Notes under the pieces: model-generated | The model's database searches: none | What the model was told of the DNA's origin: nothing | Seen by the model: only the letters and a program-made list of their open reading frames with translations | Assembly: GCA_019623805.1 (NCBI GenBank) | Contig: CP053680.1 | Coordinates: 4,224,423-4,288,422 of the forward strand | Direction of reading: 5' to 3' | DNA length: 64,000 bases | Origin: Gammaproteobacteria bacterium (ex Lamellibrachia satsuma) | Lineage (GTDB): Bacteria; Pseudomonadota; Gammaproteobacteria; Chromatiales; Chromatiaceae | In this document: in pieces, positions 58,095 through 64,000 of the stretch | Layout of the letters: each line of letters begins with the position of its first letter | Position numbering within the stretch: position 1 is the stretch's first letter | Position numbers and translations under genes: made by a program

Positions 58095-59927
58095 TTAATC
58101 TTCTCCATGAAAGGTCTGGTAAATCTGTTCTGCAAGCTTCTGGCTGACGCCTTCCACCCGCGATATATCCTCAATGCCGGCCCGGGCAAGCTCCTGCAGA
58201 CCACCGAACTGTCTCAGTAGCCTTTGGCGCCGCTTGGGGCCGATGCCGGGGATCTCCTCCAACACCGAGGTTCTGCGTTTACGCTCTCGACGCTGTCGAT
58301 GAGCGGTGATGGCGAAGCGGTGGGCCTCGTCCCGAATCTGCTGAACCAGATGCAGCGCGGGGGAGTCCGCAGGCAGTATAATCGGCGTACTGCTGCCTAA
58401 CAAGAAGAGCTGCTCCATTCCTGCTTTTCGATCCGGTCCCTTGGCCACGCCCACCAGAGTCAATCCGGAAACCCCCAACTCCCGCAGACTCTCCTCCACT
58501 ACGCTGATCTGCCCCCTGCCGCCGTCAATGAAGAGGATATCCGGTAGCGGCACCTCACCTTTTTTGATACGGGTGTAACGGCGTTCCAGCGCCTGCTGCA
58601 TGGCAGCATAGTCGTCTCCCGGTGTGACCCCCTCAATATTGAAACGACGATAGTCGGACTTCAGCGGCCCCTGCTCGTTGAACACCACGCAGGAGGCCAC
58701 AGTCAGTTCACCTCGGGTATGGCTGATGTCGAAACACTCCATGCGAGCAGGCACTTCCGGCAGATCCAGTGCCTGTTGCAGTGCTTCCAGCCGTCCCTCC
58801 ATATCGATACGGCTGGCTAACCGGGCCTTGAGCGCCAGCGCCGCATTGCCTTCGGCCATCCTGAGCCAGCGAACCCGCTCTCCTCTGACCCGGCTACTGA
58901 TACGCACTTTGTGTCCCGACTGATTACTTAACACCTCTTGCAGCAGGATCCTGTCCGTTGGTTCTTTATTGAGGATAATCTCGGAAGGCACCGGCTTGTC
59001 GAGATAGTATTGAGAAACAAACGCCGACAGCACACTGGCCTCATTGGCCCCGGATGGTATCCCGGGATAGAAACTCTTATTGCCCAGATTGCGTCCCGAG
59101 CGGATAAAAAAGACCTGCACACAGGCACTGCTTCCTGCCAGGGAGACCGCCACGATATCTAGATCACCGCCCTCCCCGCTGACATACTGGCGCTCCTGAA
59201 TACGCCGCAGCCGTTTGATCTGATCCCGGTAGATCGCCGCTTTTTCAAACGCCTGTGACTGTGAAGCTGACTCCATGCGCTCCACCAATTCGTCGATCAC
59301 ACGGTTGGCCTTGCCTTCCAGAAAAAGCACCGCATGTCGCACATCTCTGGCGTAGGTCTCTTCATCGACCAGATCGACGCAGGGGGCATCACACCGTTTG
59401 ATCTGATACTGCAGGCAGGGCCGGGAGCGATTGCGGAAGAAACTCTCTTCGCACTGACGCACGGAGAAGAGTTTTTGCAGAATCTGCAGTGTTTCGCGGG
59501 TCGAACCGGCGCTGGGATAGGGACCAAAATAGCGCCCCTTACCCACGCGGGCACCACGCCGAAAGCTCAGACGGGGAAACTTCTGATCAGTGGAGAGATG
59601 GATGTAGGGATAGCTCTTGTCGTCCCGCAGCAGAATGTTGTATTTGGGCTTCAGCGACTTGATCAGGTTGTTTTCCAGGATCAACGCTTCCGCTTCAGTA
59701 TGGGTCACCACCACCTCGATGCCCTCGATCTGGGAGACCATCAGCTGGATACGCCGGTTCAGAGAGCGGCTGAAGTAGCTGCTGACCCGCTTTTTCAGGT
59801 TCTTCGCTTTGCCGACATAAAGGAGCTTGTCATCCTGGCCCAACATCCGGTAGACACCGGGACGGGTGGTCAGTGTCGAGAGAAAAGTCTTGGCATCAAA
59901 GCCGGGGTTAGACGGTGTCTCACTCAT
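58095..59927 (-). CDS. uvrC: Excinuclease ABC subunit C
   Basis: PGVYRM, YVGKAKNL GIY-YIG; ECFDISH; RDEAHRFA; HhH GIGPKR. Confidence 0.97.
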   Translation of the reverse strand: MSETPSNPGFDAKTFLSTLTTRPGVYRMLGQDDKLLYVGKAKNLKKRVSSYFSRSLNRRIQLMVSQIEGIEVVVTHTEAEALILENNLIKSLKPKYNILLRDDKSYPYIHLSTDQKFPRLSFRRGARVGKGRYFGPYPSAGSTRETLQILQKLFSVRQCEESFFRNRSRPCLQYQIKRCDAPCVDLVDEETYARDVRHAVLFLEGKANRVIDELVERMESASQSQAFEKAAIYRDQIKRLRRIQERQYVSGEGGDLDIVAVSLAGSSACVQVFFIRSGRNLGNKSFYPGIPSGANEASVLSAFVSQYYLDKPVPSEIILNKEPTDRILLQEVLSNQSGHKVRISSRVRGERVRWLRMAEGNAALALKARLASRIDMEGRLEALQQALDLPEVPARMECFDISHTRGELTVASCVVFNEQGPLKSDYRRFNIEGVTPGDDYAAMQQALERRYTRIKKGEVPLPDILFIDGGRGQISVVEESLRELGVSGLTLVGVAKGPDRKAGMEQLFLLGSSTPIILPADSPALHLVQQIRDEAHRFAITAHRQRRERKRRTSVLEEIPGIGPKRRQRLLRQFGGLQELARAGIEDISRVEGVSQKLAEQIYQTFHGED

Positions 59928-59945
59928 GCGGCGTAGTATACCGGG

Positions 59946-60569
59946 TTAGAGCAGGCCTCTTGCGCGGGCGAAGACGTCTTGAAACATCTTGGTGGTAAGG
60001 CGTTTGGTCTGGGTGTTGTAACGGCTGCAGTGGTAGGAATCGAGCAGCCGCAACCCGTTGGGTAGTTGATGCTCGGCGGCATGCCCAAAAAGATAGTCCT
60101 TCTGCCTGCCATCGCAGGCCTTCACTACCGCCTTATGGGCAATGGAACCGAGCGCAAGGATCACACTGTTCCCGACAAGCATCTGCAACTCCTCCCGAAG
60201 AAAGTCGTTGCAGGCGTTGATCTCCGCACCCACGGGTTTGTTCTGCGGCGGCAGGCACTTCACCGCGTTGGTGATGCGGCAGTTGTGCAGCGTCAGTCCA
60301 TCATCCGCAGCGCGGGATTCCGGGGCGCTGGCGAAACCGAACCTGTGCAGCGTTTCATAGAGCAGGATGCCGGCATGGTCACCGGTAAATGGACGGCCGG
60401 TTGCATTCGCCCCGTGCATACCTGGCGCAAGTCCAACGATGAGCAGCTGGGCGTCAGAGGCGCCAAACGGGGCTACCGGACGTGCATGATAGGCTGGGTA
60501 GTCGGCTTTGACTTGATCGAGAAAGGTCGCCAGCCTCGGGCAGAGGCGGCACTCCAGATTGAACGGCAT
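59946..60569 (-). CDS. Uracil-DNA glycosylase, family 5 (UdgB-like, Fe-S)
   Basis: CRLCPRL, GLAPGMHGANATGRPFTGD, NAVKCLPP, YHCSRYNT. Confidence 0.88.
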   Translation of the reverse strand: MPFNLECRLCPRLATFLDQVKADYPAYHARPVAPFGASDAQLLIVGLAPGMHGANATGRPFTGDHAGILLYETLHRFGFASAPESRAADDGLTLHNCRITNAVKCLPPQNKPVGAEINACNDFLREELQMLVGNSVILALGSIAHKAVVKACDGRQKDYLFGHAAEHQLPNGLRLLDSYHCSRYNTQTKRLTTKMFQDVFARARGLL

Positions 60570-61216
60570 CAGCTCTGACCGTTGTCGTTGAGGATACCGT
60601 AACGATAGGCGAGACGGGTCAGTTCCACATCGTTACGCACACCGAGTTTCTCGTAGATGCGCTGACGGTAGGTACTGACGGTTTTCGGACTCAGGCAAAG
60701 CCCGTCTGAGATCTCCTGATTGCGTTGACCCTCCAGGATCAGCAGCATGACCTGCATCTCCCGTGACGAGAGTTCCTGGAAAGGCGTTGCGGACTGACGC
60801 TTCCAATCGGTGAGAATATGTTTTCTCGCCATCTCCGACGATACATAGGGTTCGCCCCGGTGGACGGTGCGGATTGCTTTGATCATCTCGTCCGCCGGAC
60901 AACCTTTTGTAAGGTATCCTGCGGCCCCAACCTCGTTTAGCCGGGCAGGAAATGGATCGTCATCGAGTACGGTCAATGCTATGACTTTCAGGGCAGGATT
61001 GATACGCAGGATACGCCGGGTCGCCTCGATTCCACCGATGCCCGGCATGTTCACATCCATCAAAACGACATTGGGAGAGGCCTGTTGGACCATCTGCAAC
61101 GCATCTTCACCGTTGGCTGCCTCTGCCACGACTTCAATATCAGAGGCACGTTCGAGAATACCCTTGACACCGGTTCGCACCAACTCATGATCGTCAACCA
61201 GCAATACCCGAATCAT
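60569..61216 (-). CDS. uvrY: UvrY/GacA response regulator
   Basis: LVDDHELVR, LMDVNMPGIGG, GYLTKG, LSPKTVSTYR; upstream of uvrC. Confidence 0.9.
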   Translation of the reverse strand: MIRVLLVDDHELVRTGVKGILERASDIEVVAEAANGEDALQMVQQASPNVVLMDVNMPGIGGIEATRRILRINPALKVIALTVLDDDPFPARLNEVGAAGYLTKGCPADEMIKAIRTVHRGEPYVSSEMARKHILTDWKRQSATPFQELSSREMQVMLLILEGQRNQEISDGLCLSPKTVSTYRQRIYEKLGVRNDVELTRLAYRYGILNDNGQS

Positions 61217-61324
61217 AGATTCCCCATAAACACTGAAAAGCTGCGTCCCGCATTTGCATTCACCCTTGCCGAAGCACCCGGGAATTCTACAGTGTTGTTA
61301 ACCGTTGAGAAACAATGTTATTGC

Positions 61325-61813
61325 CTACAGTGCTTCGAAGGCATGGATACCGGAAAACTCGGCCCCTCCCGGGTTGAAACTGTGTCCCTGCAGCACACAA
61401 TAAGCCAGCCATTTAGAGAGAAAGAGATTGATTTTCCAACGCTGTTCGAGCGTTGGGTTGTCACCCCAGCGTTTGAGAGGCAGTGCTGACTGGCGAATAT
61501 CGATCACATCCACCTGTCTTGAATCGTGATAGACACGCAACATTGCGTCAGGGTCGGGATAGTGCCCGGTGGCATGAGGAAAATAGTAGGTCAAATGGAG
61601 AAGTGTTGTGTATGGCGTCTGCTCCTTGATCTCCAGATGCAGATCCATGCCGTGGTCAAGGCATGAGAGCAGCTCGCCTTTGATCAGGTGCAGTTCCGGG
61701 GCCATACGCATCAGCAGACGATAGTTCTCCTCGCTGAGGTCGATCACCACACCCACCGTTGGCCGCCCACTCAGCAGACTTCTTATACTCCAGGGGTAGT
61801 AAGGTGCTCTCAT
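61325..61813 (-). CDS. DUF1249/YqiB-like protein
   Basis: EENYRLL, YTTLL, RVYHD, KWKIN-like 'RWKINLFLSKWL'. Confidence 0.75.
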   Translation of the reverse strand: MRAPYYPWSIRSLLSGRPTVGVVIDLSEENYRLLMRMAPELHLIKGELLSCLDHGMDLHLEIKEQTPYTTLLHLTYYFPHATGHYPDPDAMLRVYHDSRQVDVIDIRQSALPLKRWGDNPTLEQRWKINLFLSKWLAYCVLQGHSFNPGGAEFSGIHAFEAL

Positions 61814-61863
61814 GATCCTGAAACTGGTGATCAATGCATATGAATTTTAGCTGCATGCCCCAT

Positions 61864-61899
61864 AAAAAAAAACCCGGCAGTCGGGACTACCGGGGTTTT
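61864..61899 (-). terminator. Rho-independent terminator after thioredoxin
   Basis: GC stem followed by a T9 run on the minus strand. Confidence 0.7.
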
Positions 61900-61919
61900 C
61901 TCTTTATTAAGTGGATTGA

Positions 61920-62297
61920 TCAGGCGTTCTGCCCGCCCTTCTGTTCCGCCTCGATCTGGGCACGGACCTCGTCCATGTCCAGTCCACCGGCTTGGCCAAT
62001 CAGCTCCTTGAAAGCTGACTCAGGCAGCGCACCGGGCTGGGAAAAGATGATGATCTGATCGCGAAAAATCATCAGGGTCGGTATGGAACGAACCTGGAAC
62101 TGCATCGCCAGCTCCTGCTCATCCTCTGTATTGACCTTGGCAAAAACGATCTCGGAATGATCCTCTGATACCGCCTCATAGGTCGGTGCGAAGGAACGGC
62201 AGGGACCACACCAAGGTGCCCAGAAATCGATAATCACGAAATCGTTATTGGAAATAGTCTCTTCAAAATTTTCTTTGGTCAGCTCTACGACAGCCAC
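61920..62297 (-). CDS. trxA: Thioredoxin
   Basis: IDFWAPWCGPC, VRSIPTL. Confidence 0.9.
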   Translation of the reverse strand: MAVVELTKENFEETISNNDFVIIDFWAPWCGPCRSFAPTYEAVSEDHSEIVFAKVNTEDEQELAMQFQVRSIPTLMIFRDQIIIFSQPGALPESAFKELIGQAGGLDMDEVRAQIEAEQKGGQNA

Positions 62298-62410
62298 GTT
62301 GCAGCCTCTTAAATCCAGTGAAATCCGCCAGAATAATATCAGGATGTTCTAATAAAGTCATCCGTCTGTCAGACTGGTATCACTTTAGTTCTTCGATTGG
62401 GTTTTTCCAC

Positions 62411-62433
62411 AAAAAAGCCGGGGAGATCCCGGC
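62411..62433 (-). terminator. Rho-independent terminator after adk
   Basis: AGCCGGGA/TCCCGGCT stem plus T-run on the minus strand. Confidence 0.75.
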
Positions 62434-62456
62434 TCTCTATTTCCCGGCCTGTCTCT

Positions 62457-63113
<657 letters not shown>

Positions 63114-63217
63114 TTATGGTGGACGGAGTCTGACACAGCACCACCCAGCCGACTATTCGAGGCTATCAATGGGTGGATATACGGGTCTTATGGTGATTGA
63201 TGAAAAATATCGGAACA

Positions 63218-63292
63218 TAGGTCGGGTTACGATGCGCGCCAAGCCAAGTGGTAAATCCCAGCTTGAATCGCGGCGCATCTAACCCGACCTAC
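63218..63292. repeat. Long inverted repeat, GTAG-type REP-like
   Basis: TAGGTCGGGTTACGATGCGC ... GCGCATCTAACCCGACCTAC between htpG and adk. Confidence 0.6.
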
Positions 63293-63319
63293 AGAACTAC
63301 CACTGTGTGTTAACGAACG

Positions 63320-64000
63320 CTATTTACCCGACAGGTTGAGCATCAGGCCATTCAGACGCCGTACGAAAGCGGCCGGGTCGTCCAGCTGCCCCCCCTCTGC
63401 CAGTTGCGCCTGATCGAACAGAACCTGGGTCAGATCCCCGAAACGGGCCTCATTATCTTCATTTTCCAGACGTTCCACCAGCGGATGCTCCAGGTTAATC
63501 TCTATGATTGGAGCGGTGGCGGGCGCATCCTGACCCACGGACTTGAGTACCCGGGCAAGGTTGGCGCTCATGTCGTGGTCTTCCACTACCAAACAGGCAG
63601 GGGAGTCGGTAAGCCGGTGGCTGATGCGCACCTCTTTGACACCATCGCCGAGCACATCCTTCATTTTTTCCAGCAGGCCTTTGTGCTCCTCCGCCTGCTT
63701 CTCCTGAGAAGCCTTCTCTTCCTCGTCATCCATGTCACCCAAGTCGAGTTCGCCCTTTGCCACAGACTGTAACGACTTACCTTCATACTCGGTAAGGCCG
63801 GACACCAACCACTCATCCACCCGGTCAGAGAGCAGCAGGACTTCAATGCCCTTCTTCTTGAAGACCTCCAGATGAGGACTGAAACGTGCGGCAGCAGCGC
63901 TTTCAGCGGTAATATAGTAGATCTTCTCCTGTTCCTCAGACATGCGAGAGATGTAATCATCCAGCGAGACATTCTGCTCGTCGCCTTCATTATGAGTGGA
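63320..64000 (-). CDS. htpG: Hsp90 chaperone, 3' part (starts beyond the window)
   Basis: YYITAES, SPHLEVF, LSDRVDEW, RLTDSPACLV, EINLEHP, LAEGG. Confidence 0.95.
   Translation of the reverse strand, partial: STHNEGDEQNVSLDDYISRMSEEQEKIYYITAESAAAARFSPHLEVFKKKGIEVLLLSDRVDEWLVSGLTEYEGKSLQSVAKGELDLGDMDDEEEKASQEKQAEEHKGLLEKMKDVLGDGVKEVRISHRLTDSPACLVVEDHDMSANLARVLKSVGQDAPATAPIIEINLEHPLVERLENEDNEARFGDLTQVLFDQAQLAEGGQLDDPAAFVRRLNGLMLNLSGK

Noticed and set aside
59334-59936. 200-aa + strand ORF and many similar antisense ORFs (e.g. 3025, 8243, 18806, 24814, 56363)
   Set aside because: Shadow frames opposite well-supported genes in GC-rich DNA; no motifs of their own.

Overview
Gammaproteobacterial chromosome segment, probably from a sulfur-oxidiser-like organism (inference). 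A housekeeping backbone sits at both ends: RND efflux, nudF, metY, sdhE, sdhCDAB on the left, and pgsA-uvrC-UDG-uvrY, trx, adk, htpG on the right. The usual tRNA-Gly/Cys/Leu cluster downstream of pgsA is pulled apart twice. (i) Two related elements sit in tandem in the 3' half of tRNA-Cys, and I found no integrase in either. Element A is ~9.1 kb (40673-49706): ParDE-like TA, SWIM-SNF2 with a HEPN-like tail, an AbiEi/AbiEii type IV TA and a primase-like/SF2 helicase. Element B is ~30.5 kb (10200-40624): the same backbone decayed, plus ~23 kb of cargo (formyltransferase, radical SAM, YggX, ATP-grasp, IscA-like, two MBL hydrolases, acnA/fumC, an IS21-split IDO-like dioxygenase, an IS630-split beta-carbonic anhydrase/COS-hydrolase-like gene). 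(ii) Between tRNA-Gly and pgsA lies an unusual six-gene AmmeMemoRadiSam operon whose products look periplasm- or membrane-directed. It includes a 1212-aa spermidine-synthase-like/FMN/ferredoxin membrane fusion and a 58-aa twin-arginine peptide missed by the ORF track. That peptide shares an (H/R)EA(D/E)(W/Y)(F/Y) motif with another small ORF in the operon. This operon is my best candidate for an undescribed system. No CRISPR array or rRNA was seen. Family calls come from motif recognition by eye, not database searches.
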